This document shows positions 51,678-63,210 of a stretch of DNA of 64,000 nucleotides, piece after piece. Source of the DNA: Chiloscyllium plagiosum (Eukaryota); assembly GCF_004010195.1 (NCBI RefSeq), contig NC_057719.1, forward strand, positions 24,343,465 through 24,407,464. The letters run 5' to 3'. The notes beneath the pieces were generated by a model. That model did not search any database. It was not told the DNA's origin and was given only the letters and a program-made list of their open reading frames with translations. Both the position numbers and the translations under genes were made by a program. Positions within the stretch are counted from its first letter, which is position 1, and every line of letters begins with the position of its first letter.

Positions 51678-52481
51678 TCAAAGAAAGCCATAGACGTTGT
51701 ACAGGGGAGGAGGGACAGTGGGTTTCGTGGGGATGGGCTTCAAAACGACAGGTTTGTGAATTCTTTGTCCGTTCAAGGAGTCTTTGGAGTAAGCGTGGAG
51801 CTCGGCCGGCAGGTTGGCAGCTTTCCTCCAGATGCCCATGTCGGGGCTGGCGGCATGCGGCAGTGCCATGTGGCTCTGGTACAGGCGGTGGTACTGAAGA
51901 GGACAGCAGGTGCACAGGGTGACGGTGCGGGCCAGCGAGGCGAGCTGCAGCCTGAGCGGCTCCGCCCGCTCACACCGCGGTTCCTGCTTGGCCGCCGGCC
52001 CGGGGCTAACGCCAGCGGGCGACCCGCCTCTCTCTGCGGGCGGCGGCGGAGGAGGGGGCGGCGGCAGCAGCAGCAGCTCCCGGGGAGGCGGCAGGCTTTT
52101 CCCGGGCCTCGGCTCTTCCCAGAAGGAGGCGGGCAGCTGTCTTTTCCTCATGGGGACCTGACCGTGCCGGGCCGGCGGTAGAGGAAGCGGCAGCGGCGGC
52201 TCCCCGCTGTCTGCGGCTCCTGAAGCTCGGAGCTGGAGCACACAGGGCCGGCTCTGCTCGTCCGGCCCTCGCTTCGACCCGGAGTCCAGCAGCCGCCCGG
52301 AGTGACACCGCGGCATCCGCGTGTATTTCTGCGAGAAGCGCTTGAGCTGCTTCTGCAGGTATTTCCTGTGGTCCACCGAGCGCCGGCAGGGGGCCGACTT
52401 GTCCAGCGCTGCCTTGATGTCGCTCGAAGCCAAGTTGACAAAGTTCAGCAGCGTTTTCACCTCGCTGTCCGCCGATGCCAT
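51678..52481 (-). CDS. FAM181A: FAM181A protein, 267 aa, single coding exon
   Basis: Contains the FAM181 N-terminal block MASADSEVKTLLNFVNLASSDIKAALDKSAPCRRSVDHRKYLQKQLKRFSQKY, the PMRKRQLPASFWEEP motif and the C-terminal VVLKPIPTKP...NVYGFL. It is tail-to-tail with ASB2. The first ATG after the in-frame TGA is at 52481; the ORF-track start at 52487 is a TTG. Confidence 0.95.
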   Translation of the reverse strand: MASADSEVKTLLNFVNLASSDIKAALDKSAPCRRSVDHRKYLQKQLKRFSQKYTRMPRCHSGRLLDSGSKRGPDEQSRPCVLQLRASGAADSGEPPLPLPLPPARHGQVPMRKRQLPASFWEEPRPGKSLPPPRELLLLPPPPPPPPPAERGGSPAGVSPGPAAKQEPRCERAEPLRLQLASLARTVTLCTCCPLQYHRLYQSHMALPHAASPDMGIWRKAANLPAELHAYSKDSLNGQRIHKPVVLKPIPTKPTVPPPLYNVYGFL

Positions 52482-52570
52482 CCTCAACCCTCACTTCAGA
52501 ACACCAGCCACTATCTCCATGGCTCACACCACTGGAACCTTCCCCCCAGACCGTTTCCTCTCGCCTAAGA

Positions 52571-53562
52571 CTGGAAGGAAAAGAAGCCAGGTTATTATTT
52601 TGTTGTATTGTGAAAATATACATTAAAATATACTTTATGTGCATACACAGCCGCTGAAGCAGTTCTTTGCACACGAAGAACAAACAAGCACCAAGGCATT
52701 TCTTTCTTGTACAGGACAGCCTTTACATACATATGAGGCACCGAGAGGGTCTGATAACTTAACGGACCCTCATTATACTTTGGCGGAAAGACCTTACTTA
52801 AAATGTGGGTCTAGATTAGAGTGGTGCTGGAAAAGCACAGCAGGTCAGGCAGCACCCGAGGTGCAGGAAAATCGATGTTTCGGGCAAAAGCCCTTCATCT
52901 GGAGGAATGCAACTTTTGCCCTTACTTAAAATGTGGTCTTTCCACATTATATTGTCTGATGGAATATTAACCAGCACTGTTACTTGGGGAGGAGGTGGGA
53001 TTCTATACTTCACCCAGTGTCAAGATGATGGCTAGACACCATCAAACAATGTCAACTCCTCTCTACCACTTCACTAATACTTTATTTACTGAGGGCCACA
53101 CGCGCCTGTGTTCAGAGATGTTCGTCTATTCGTGGTGTCAATTCCGGCAGCTACAGTATGTACTGACACGTGTTACTGTTAAAGTGATATTGCAATGCAT
53201 GGTGACCATCCCAATACAACGATTGCAAACACCCAGACATCTCAAGAGACGCTGCAAGCAGCTTCGTTGGGAACTAAATGCCACCACACAAGACAGAACG
53301 CAAGTTTCACTTCCGCCAGCATCCCGGTTACTCATAACCTCTCTATCCCACGCACAGATGCCTGGTCTTACCACAAAATCTTCACATGTTCATCCTTCTC
53401 AAGGTCTCTGTTAAATACATTCCTGGTTGGAACCGTTCTGTCCCAGTTTTATCCATTAGCCACAACACGGACAGAAAGCGCAACCTGGTTTGTATGCACA
53501 GTACCTGGACATTCACTTGGTCATTCTCCCAGCCCCTTGTTTAATTAATCTCGTTTACTCAC
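52571..53562 (-). other. FAM181A: Probable 5'-UTR intron of FAM181A
   Basis: On the minus strand there is a consensus donor AAG|gtgagt at 53563/53562 and an acceptor cttcttttccttccag ending at 52571. Confidence 0.65.
52809..52919 (-). mobile_element. Family A Penelope-type element with a 17-bp TSD in the FAM181A intron
   Basis: TSD ccttacttaaaatgtgg at 52792-52808 and 52920-52936. Confidence 0.85.
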
Positions 53563-53639
53563 CTTTGAGACCCGGCGGAGAACAAATCTTGAAATTTCGT
53601 TCTATTTCCTCACTGGAGTAAGCTGAATGAATATCAACG

Positions 53640-53860
53640 GCCTGTAGTTAAGGCCCTTCCAGACCAATCAGCAGCTCCTTCTGAACACAATGCATCCCAA
53701 TCAGGCCCCGGGCTGGCTTGTTCCACATTCTTTTGTAACACAAATTGTTGTTATGGAAACACGAGAGAGAAGGCAAAAGCGAGCCAATAAGTACAATAAT
53801 TATCAATGCAATTTTCCTAATCTCTCCCTCTCCTTCCCCCCCCCCCCCCCCCATCCATCT
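53640..53860 (-). promoter_or_regulatory. Candidate FAM181A promoter with three CCAAT boxes
   Basis: CCAAT at 53664, 53697 and 53784, about 100-220 nt upstream of the predicted exon-1 donor, in repeat-free sequence that retains CpG. Confidence 0.45.
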
Positions 53861-55599
53861 CTTGCTATGAAACATGATGTGCGGATAATGTACAAAGACT
53901 CGGCAAAGTTTCTTGGTTTTAAAAAAACTTAAGCTGTCTGGAAACTTGCAACGGGCATGCTTCAGTGCAGCAAGACAATGCTGGCTTTGCAAGTCTGCCT
54001 TGCCTACTTTTAACTGTTCTGTTAACGCTTTTTGGGGGGCTGATGTCAGAAGGAGAAGTAGGAGAGAGAAAAAAAAACCTGAAGAGATGTGCAGATATCC
54101 ATGGATAGGGGGCTTGAGCGCTCAAGAATCTTGTCTTTATGTTTGCCTCCTCAATCGAGACACACAAAAGCTGAATTACCCATTCAAACCGCCCTGACAA
54201 TGGAATCGAGTTGGATCGCACTCTTGCATTTGTAGTCAAACAGTTAGAGACTTAAATCGAGTCGTCATGATAGAGAAAGAGTTGGACAAAGCCCATAGAA
54301 TATCCATCAGTAAACATTTTCCTATGTCATATTAGTGGGTCTCCATGGCTTCGCCCCGTCTAGAGACAATAGCACAAGTTTGCACACTCGACTACTGTCA
54401 CCCTGCCAACGCATGCAACGGTCAAAAAAGGACAATCCATTGGAAACGATGAACTCTGTGGGGAAGGTAGGGCTGGAGTTTTTTTTTTGAAAAGCGTGTG
54501 AAATGCTAATTGTTCTGCTTCCTTTCTTGATGAACTGGACCTTGCTCAGCATGTCCTTCCCACCTCTCCCTCAAGCAAGGTGGCTTTCCCGAGAGGGCTG
54601 TTGACAGCATTTCACTCACTGTCCGGGAGGAGATGGTCTCAGGAGCCTCATGCAAGCTCCTCCCTCACCTGGGCTCAGACCGTTGGAGGTTCTGTATGGT
54701 CTGCGCTGCAGTCTATAGACTAACCTTGGTCCATTAGCTTTAACACACGTAGCTGTCAGCCAAGGGCATTGGGCATGCATTTCCAATAAGTAGGGATATT
54801 GAATTTGACTTTTTTTGTTCTGAACATAGTTTATGATTAAACTGTCACTAAGAATTGCACACTTGTGCCATTCAGATGCCTTGTACCAGCGACAATGTGA
54901 ATCTGGGACAGTCAAAAATATACCTCCCACTAGCCGAGAGGATGATGAACGCAGCCATCAGCGCAATGTTCAGAATGAATTGGATCAGCATCTGGAGGGA
55001 AACAACAGGATAGGCGGGGGTTGGTAACGGGACTAGCTCAATAGGAGATTTCTTGGCGGGGTGACCGGGCCGGATGGCCACACTCTGCGCTGTTTCACAG
55101 GCTGTGATTCGACGTTTTCGTAGGCCAAGTATCATCATCAACTTCGCTCTTGGCAAGCAGTAGCGAAAATACGTTTGAGGGTCAATATCTTGGAGCTTCT
55201 CTTAGCCCGAAAAAAGGAGATATTCTTCTTCTGGATTTGACTGTTTCGCCATCTCAGTAATATGTTAGTTTCAATACCGATGTTGGAAAGGCTTCATTGC
55301 TTACACATGGACTGTTGATGAAATTGAATGCACACAGTAGTTCGAACAAACGCAGAGAACCCAGTTTATCACTTTATAGCTTATCCTGGATACTGTACAC
55401 TCCTGATTTTAACCATTCCCCTATTGGCAGTTGTCCTTTTTAGATGTCAATGTCCTAACCTCTGCAATATCTTTAAACTTTTCTGCCTCCCCTACCATTT
55501 TTTGCTCCTTTACGGTTTCTTAAAATCTAATTCCTTGGGCAAACTGCAAATTGCCTGTATATGTGACAGGTAAATATTCAACTAGATCTAAGTGTCCTA

Positions 55600-56535
55600 G
55601 TGCACCCAGTGTTTGAAAGTGAGTGTGTGGTGCAACAGGGCAGTGAAGAAGGCAAATGGAATGTTGGCCTTCATAGCAGGAGGCGTCAAATACAGGAATT
55701 TCCGCAATTATACAGGGCATATCTGAAATATTGTCAGTTTTGGTCTCTTTATCTGAGGAAGGATGTTCTTGCTATAGAGGGAGTGCAGCAAATGTTTACC
55801 AAATTGATTCCTGGGATGGCAGAACTGACATATGAGGTGAATTTGAGTTGGTTAGGTTTGTATTTGCTGGAATTTAGAAGAATGATGGGCACGGTGGCAC
55901 AGTGGTTAGCACTGCTGCCTCACAGCGCCAGAGACCCGGGTTCAATTCCCGCCTCAGGCAACTGTCTGTGTGGAGTTTGCACATTCTCCCCGTGTCTGCG
56001 TGGATTTCCTCCGGGTGTTCCGGTTTCCTCCCACAGTCCAAAAATGTGCAGGTTAGGTAAATTGCCTCTAGTGTTAGATGAAGGGGTAAATGTAGGAGTC
56101 TGGGTTGGTTGCTCTTCGGAGGGTCGGTGTGGACTTGTTGGGCTGAAGGACCTATTTCTACACTGTAAGTAATCTAATCTAATCAGTCTGAAGGAATGGG
56201 GGGGGGAGGGTGTGGATTTCATAGAAACCTATAAAATTCTAACAGAATGAGAGGGAAGGATATTCCTGGATGGTGGGAGAGTCCAGAACCAGGGGTCATT
56301 GTTGGAGGATAAGGGGTAAGTGGGATGAGGAGAAATTTCTTCAACTAGAGAATAGTAAGCCTATGGAATTCATTAACACAGAAAGTAGTTAAGGCCAAAA
56401 TATTGTGTCTTTGAGAGTAAGGTGGATATAGCTCTTGTGGCTAAAGAGATCAAGGGATGGGGGGGGAGTGTGAGATTAGGGTATTAAGCTTAATGATGAG
56501 CTATGATCAGATTGAATGGTAGAACAGGCTCAAGG
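55600..56535 (+). mobile_element. CR1 LINE 3' fragment with an HE1-type V-SINE inserted at 55887-56185
   Basis: YCQFWSLYLRKDVLAIEGVQ...LEFRRM switches abruptly to the SINE head, and CR1 resumes after the taatct tail. Confidence 0.9.
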
Positions 56536-59500
56536 AAACTTTTGGTCACTTGTCTTAATATATCCTTATGTGTCAAGTTCTGTTTGATAATGTTCTGATG
56601 AAGTTCTTTGGGATGCTTGCCAAGGATGCTATATAAATGCAAGTTGTTATCATTGTGTTGGTGGATGGTTGAAGAAAGTATTGGGAAGAGGTGACAATAA
56701 TTCCAAAAGTTCTTCCTGCAACTTGGATATGAATGAGTCATTATATTTAGGCAAGCCACTAATTAAGTGTTCAGTTGGAATTGCTGCATATCAAGTACCA
56801 GCAAATATGGATGTAATCTTAAACTTTTGAAGTGAAGAAATTCAAGTCTTTCCAAATAAATAATGCTATCAGCCTTTCAAACTAAAATGTCTATCTTACT
56901 TGTCCTTTAATGGAAACAAACATTTTTATCAGATGACATGATTCATGCTTGAAAAGCAGTTATTTGACTAAATATTTGACGTATTTTGACTAATCTATCC
57001 CTGATTCCTACCAGGCCTTTGCATACCTAAGTACCACATATGAAAGATGGCAGATATCTTGTACTGGAAGTATTAAAAGGTCACACAGCAGGCTGTTAAT
57101 TTCCTATTTTCTTGTTTGTGTTTGTGGGGTCAGCAATTATAAACAATTTATAAACTGTCACTTTACCGTAAGGGGAGTCAGGAAATATTACTGGAAATGG
57201 ACCACACAAACAATCCTGAAGTGACATTCTCAGCAGCTCAGTTTGCAGCTGTACATTGACTAAATGTATCCCACTTTCTTCAGGGTCACTCTTAGGTTGG
57301 GCTGGCTGATGGCAGCCTGAGAGACGACTGGAGGCTTTTATCATCGCCTGCTCTTCCTTGTCCGTAACAATGTACAAGTGAAAAGAACAATTAAAAATAG
57401 GGCACTCCCAAAAGCCCCCCCACCCCCTGGCAGAAGAATTGCACTTTGAAGTAGTTGGAATAGAATGTAGAAGATAAATCATTTACAGCTGTGAATATGT
57501 CAAGTCAAGACAGCAGTGGCAAAAATTACTCCACATGTCAACTCAGCATGTGGATAGGGTCCAGCTGTGGACCACTTTTATTCCTGATATGTGCCTAGCT
57601 GTCAGGGTGTTGGGAATCATCAATATGCATCTCTTCAAAAGTCTAACTGAATATTCAGAATGAATGGAATTTTAGGGCTAAACTCCTTATATAGTAACAG
57701 TCCCATAGGACTCTGTGAAATTGTGTCAATCAAAGCTGAATGGACCTTGACTGATTAGCCCTTGACAGATATACAACCAGGGCTAGATTGAACAAAATAC
57801 ATATTTTCGACATTATATTTAGCAGCCTTAAATTTGTTTGGAGGTCTAATCATCAAACCACAATCTTTTAAGTTAAATCAATTAAAATTATAGTAAATTG
57901 ATGCTGTTCATTTATTAATAGTACAAGCCCTAAATGATTTTAATGAGTGTGATTGGTGTACAGCAAATATGTATGTTATTGAAATGTAGCACTTTTAATA
58001 TTCAACATGTTTCAGGCATTTATAATGGTAATTCCAACTTAGTGTATTTTTTAATCCTCTTATTTATGAAAACATGTAATACTGCTTCCAATATTAATTT
58101 ATGAAGTTGTTGTCAAAAGAACTGTTGGTAACATTATTTGTAATTCATCCTGTAGATAAACTTACTCTACTTTCTGAAATCATTTTGTTTATATTTAGAA
58201 GTTGTTCATGTAACTGACAAATGAAAGACTAGGACATGGTTTGTGGGAGTGAGGAAAAATGGTTTTCACTGGTTGAAGGATGCAGAAAAATGTTCATGAT
58301 ATGAGACATTCAGTATTGAGACTTCAGATGACAAACCTACAAAAGAAGAAATATGCACACATTAATTTGTTTTCAATGACCTTGAACCACATTGCTTAAT
58401 AGTTTAGGAGTTGTCACCAGTTTTTCCAAAGATTTTCCATGCTGTAATTTTTCGACAGGAAATTATTTTTCATGGTGTTGCCATAACAGTCACGTAAGAT
58501 CATTGGGAACCAAATGTTTTAAGTTTCACAATGTATAAGATTCCATTTCCTTATATTTTACATACGATGAATTCCAAATAATTTGTTTCAAATTCCAAGG
58601 TAGTGTTTTATCAAACTTTGCAAAAGCAAACTTTCTAAAATTTTTCATGAATGAATTAGTTTATAACAATATGACCAATTGCTGAGATGTTATTTTTCAG
58701 ATTCTTTTTATAGAACAATTTTTTGCATATAAACATTGACAACTGTCATACACCTTATGGAGGAGCAATGCTCCAAATCCTTGTACTTTCAAATAAACCT
58801 GTTGGACCATCACCTGGAGTTGTATGATTTTTTAAAACATATTACATGTTGAAAGATAAGTGCCTGAGGTTGTTAGCCTTCAGCAATTTTACTTTGAAAT
58901 GTTCATGGAAAAAAAATCATAATATTGACAACGTGTATTTTTTCTATTTGCTTGGATAAGATAACCTTTTAAGATTTCCAAACAGACAGTAACACTGGTT
59001 TTTAATTTGCACCTTTAAAGAAAGAAACTTCTACTAAACAATAATTTCCTACATTATACTCTGGGTCAAATCCTGGAATTCTCTCCCTAATAGCATTATG
59101 GGTCAATCTGCAGCACATGGACAGCAGTGGTTTAAGAATACAGTTCACTGCTACCTCCTCAAAGGCAACTAGGGATGGGCAATAAATGCAGGCCAGCCAG
59201 TGATGCACCATCCCTTTGTTCATAAATGAACAGCATCAGTTTACTATTGTTTAATTGATTTAACTTAAAAGATTGTGGTTTTATGATTACATCTCCAAAC
59301 AAATTTAAAGCTGATAAACATAATGTTGAAAATATGTATTTTGTTCAATTTAACCCATCCTTTGAAAGAATGAAACACGAAACTCTTCAAAAAGACTTCC
59401 TTGGTTGTAAGATGCTTTGGGGTGTCCTGGGCTCGGGATGAACTCTATGCAAATACAAGATATTTTTTCATTGGTTCATGGAGGAACGTTTTAGAAGGTT

Positions 59501-60229
59501 TTTCTCAGAGATGTAGGCAATGGTAACCCTGAGAAAGTTTTGGGCTTTCTCCTTGGACTATTGGACTGTTGGAATTGGTGTGGCAATGTTGTTTCCAGAC
59601 CTGTATTGAGTGGGATTTAGACCTAGTGACAATGCTGAATGGTGATAGACATCCAACATAAAAAGGTGTGAGATCCATGATTCTGAAAGTTTGAAACTGA
59701 CAAAATCTGTTCAGTTAGGCCACTGTGTCTTAAAAGTATATTATTGTATGACTTTACTGAAAATAAAAGCTCTATATGAATGCGACTTTTCATATTTACA
59801 TGTAATAGACATGATGGGGATGGAAAAAAAGAATATGCAAATGTTAGTTTTAATTAGTGCTGCTATAGAAGTTTAAAAATGACTAATCATTGGTTTGTTC
59901 AATAACATGCATTAAGCCAGATGTTTCTTAGAAGGAATTTTGGGATTGTTGATGTAAATATTATATTGCAAAAAGACCAGTATTACATGCAATGTATACA
60001 CCTTAGCTGCAACTTCAGTCCTTTTTTAGTCAAATTATGGTGGAATTGTACAGATTAGTACCATGCTTGCATACAGTTTAAATCAAAGCTAAAATTTGCA
60101 CTTTATTTCCTCAGTTTTGCCTTTTTATTATTCAACAATAAGGAGAAATATGTCCCTGTTCTCATGTAGGGGGCATAGCCACATGCTCATGGCTGCATGG
60201 TTCATAATGGAGATAAATTTTAGGGTTCT

Positions 60230-60935
60230 TCAGTGCAGAGGATTCTGGGTGTCCTCATCAGAGAAAACTAGTATGTAAGTACAGCAAGGAATAAGAAAGG
60301 CAAATGGAATTTTGGCATTTAATGCTAAGGAATAGAGTATAAAAGTAGGGAAGTGTTTCTGCAACTATTCAAGGCATTAGTGAGGCTGCACCTGGAATAT
60401 TGTATACAGTTTTGGTCCCTTTACTTGAGGAGGGATGTAGTTGCATTGGAGATATTTCAGAGGAGGTTCACTAGGCTGATTCCAGAGATGAGGGGTTTGC
60501 CTTATTCAGAGAAATTAAGCAGTTTAATCCTATATTGTTGTGAGTTTGGAAGAATGAGGAGATCTAATTGAAGTATTAAGGGAATTAACAAAGTAAATGT
60601 GACGAGAATGTTTCCTCTTATGGGGCAGTCTAGAATGAGAGGTCATAATTTTCGGATAAGGTGTAACTGATTTAAAACAAAACTGTGGAGAAATTATTTC
60701 TCTCCAAAGAGTGATGAATCCCTGTGGAATCCACTACTCCAGAGTGAAGTGGATGCTGGGACATGAGTAAATTTAAGAAGGAGATAGACAGATTTTTAAT
60801 TAGTCACAGGTTTAAGAGTTACGGAGCATGGACAGTAAAGTGGAGTTGAAGCTAAGATGAGATCAGCCATGCTCATATTGAATGGTGAAAGAGGTTCAAG
60901 GACCTGAATTGTCTACTCCTGCTCCTAGTTCTTCT
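60230..60935 (+). mobile_element. CR1 LINE 3' fragment
   Basis: Encodes LFKALVRLHLEYCIQFWSLYLRRDVVALE. Confidence 0.9.
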
Positions 60936-61304
60936 GCTCCCTTTCTGAGTAGTGTATCTGGATACAGAAGAGTGCAAGAGAAATGATGTTCAAAAAGGAA
61001 GAATTAATATAGCATTATTCGATTTCTGCTTCAGAAAAGGACAGTACACTAGGTAATTCTCCCTTGTCAATTCTGGAAAAAGTAAAGGCCTATTTATTTT
61101 AAGAAGAAAATGCTGGTTGATAAGTACAGTTGAAGGTTTCTGTTTCAGTGGTGTTGCATAGGGCTCAGTGTTATGTCCCCTGTAGTTTGTCATATATATT
61201 AATGATTTAGGATTAAATGTGGAAGGCATGACTGGGGAACATGTAGATGACCCAAACATTGGCTGGGTATTTTTAGCGAGGAGGATGGCTGTCACCTGCA
61301 GGAA

Positions 61305-61391
61305 GGTGTCAATACAGGTAGGTTGATTGAGTGGGTGTCAATACAGGTAGGTTGATTGAGTGGGTGTCAATACAGGTAGGTTGATTGAGTG
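61305..61391 (+). repeat. Three perfect tandem copies of a 29-mer inside a CR1 fragment
   Basis: ggtgtcaatacaggtaggttgattgagtg x3. Confidence 0.95.
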
Positions 61392-61459
61392 GGCAGAAAA
61401 GTAGCACATGAAATTCAATCCAGAGAAGTGTAAGGTTCTGCATTTGGAAGAGGACAGAT

Positions 61460-63210
61460 AGACCATACAGAACCTCATCACCTCAGGAGATCTCCCACCC
61501 ACAGCTTCCAACCTCATAGTCCGGGAACCTCCTTCTACCTCCTTCCCAAGATCCATAAGCCTGACCACCCTGGCCAACCCATTGTCTCAGCATGCTCCTG
61601 CCCCACTGAACTCATCTCTACCTACCTCGACACTGTCCTATCCCCCCTAGTCCAGGAACTCCCCACATACATTCGAGACACCACCCACGCACTCCACCTC
61701 CTCCAAGACTTCAATTTCCTCGGCCACCAATGCCTCAGCTTCACCATGGATATCCAATCCCTCTACACCTCCATCCGCCATGACCAGGGCCTCCAAGCCC
61801 TCCGTTTTTTCCTCTCTCGACGTCCCCAACAGTATCCTTCCACCAACACTCTCATTCGTTTGGCCAAACTGGTCCTCACCCTTAACAATTTCTCCTTTGA
61901 ATCCTCCCACTTCCTCCAGACCAAAGGGGTAGCCATGGGCACACGTATGGGTCCCAGCTATGCCTGTCTCTTTGCTGGCTACGTAGAACAGTCGATCTTC
62001 CATAATTACACCAGCACCACTCCCCACCTCTTTCTCCGCTACATTGATGACTGCATTGGCGCCACCTCGTGCTCCCGCGAGGAGGTTGAGCAATTCATCA
62101 ACTTCACCAACACATTCCACCCTGACCTTAAATTTACCTGGACCATCTCCATCTCCATTAATGACGACCGACTTGACACCGACATTTTTTACAAACNNNN
62201 NNNNNNNNNNNNNNNNNNNNNNNNNNNNNNNNNNNNNNNNNNNNNNNNNNNNNNNNNNNNNNNNNNNNNNNNNNNNNNNNNNNNNNNNNNNNNNNNNNNN
62301 NNNNNNNNNNNNNNNNNNNNNNNNNNNNNNNNNNNNNNNNNNNNNNNNNNNNNNNNNNNNNNNNNNNNNNNNNNNNNNNNNNNNNNNNNNNNNNNNNNNN
62401 NNNNNNNNNNNNNNNNNNNNNNNNNNNNNNNNNNNNNNNNNNNNNNNNNNNNNNNNNNNNNNNNNNNNNNNNNNNNNNNNNNNNNNNNNNNNNNNNNNNN
62501 NNNNNNNNNNNNNNNNNNNNNNNNNNNNNNNNNNNNNNNNNNNNNNNNNNNNNNNNNNNNNNNNNNNNNNNNNNNNNNNNNNNNNNNNNNNNNNNNNNNN
62601 NNNNNNNNNNNNNNNNNNNNNNNNNNNNNNNNNNNNNNNNNNNNNNNNNNNNNNNNNNNNNNNNNNNNNNNNNNNNNNNNNNNNNNNNNNNNNNNNNNNN
62701 NNNNNNNNNNNNNNNNNNNNNNNNNNNNNNNNNNNNNNNNNNNNNNNNNNNNNNNNNNNNNNNNNNNNNNNNNNNNNNNNNNNNNNNNNNNNNNNNNNNN
62801 NNNNNNNNNNNNNNNNNNNNNNNNNNNNNNNNNNNNNNNNNNNNNNNNNNNNNNNNNNNNNNNNNNNNNNNNNNNNNNNNNNNNNNNNNNNNNNNNNNNN
62901 NNNNNNNNNNNNNNNNNNNNNNNNNNNNNNNNNNNNNNNNNNNNNNNNNNNNNNNNNNNNNNNNNNNNNNNNNNNNNNNNNNNNNNNNNNNNNNNNNNNN
63001 NNNNNNNNNNNNNNNNNNNNNNNNNNNNNNNNNNNNNNNNNNNNNNNNNNNNNNTTCTCCCCACCCCCACACTCCTCTAGTTTATCTCTCCACCCTTTAG
63101 GCTCTCTGTCTTTATTCCTGATGAAGGGCTTTTGCCCGAAACGTCGATTTTACTGCTAAACCTCGGATGCTGCCTGAACTGCTGTGCTCTTCCAGCACCA
63201 GTAATCCAGA
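61460..63210 (+). mobile_element. Penelope-like element: reverse transcriptase, assembly gap, then 3' pLTR with the family A hammerhead
   Basis: Encodes LPKIHKPDHPGQPIVS, TMDIQSLYTSI, QTKGVAMGTRMGPSYACLF and RYIDDCIG. After the gap, CTGATGA-A-GGGCTTTTGCCC-GAAACGTC lies at 63118-63145. It is inserted within a CR1 relic (about 61140-61455 and 63280-63930). Confidence 0.88.
62197..63054. other. Assembly gap (858 N)
   Basis: Run of N. Confidence 1.

Noticed and set aside
51427..52683. Several overlapping ORFs of 100-225 aa on both strands over FAM181A
   Set aside because: Shadow frames expected in very GC-rich coding DNA, with no recognisable domains.
55600..56172. 190-aa ORF
   Set aside because: Chance fusion of CR1 ORF2 and SINE sequence.
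61305..61391. 29-bp repeats resembling a CRISPR array
   Set aside because: There are no spacers and the context is a eukaryotic LINE; it is a simple tandem repeat.
61746..63159. 300-440-aa ORFs containing X
   Set aside because: Their length comes from the N gap. Only the Penelope RT part before 62197 is real.
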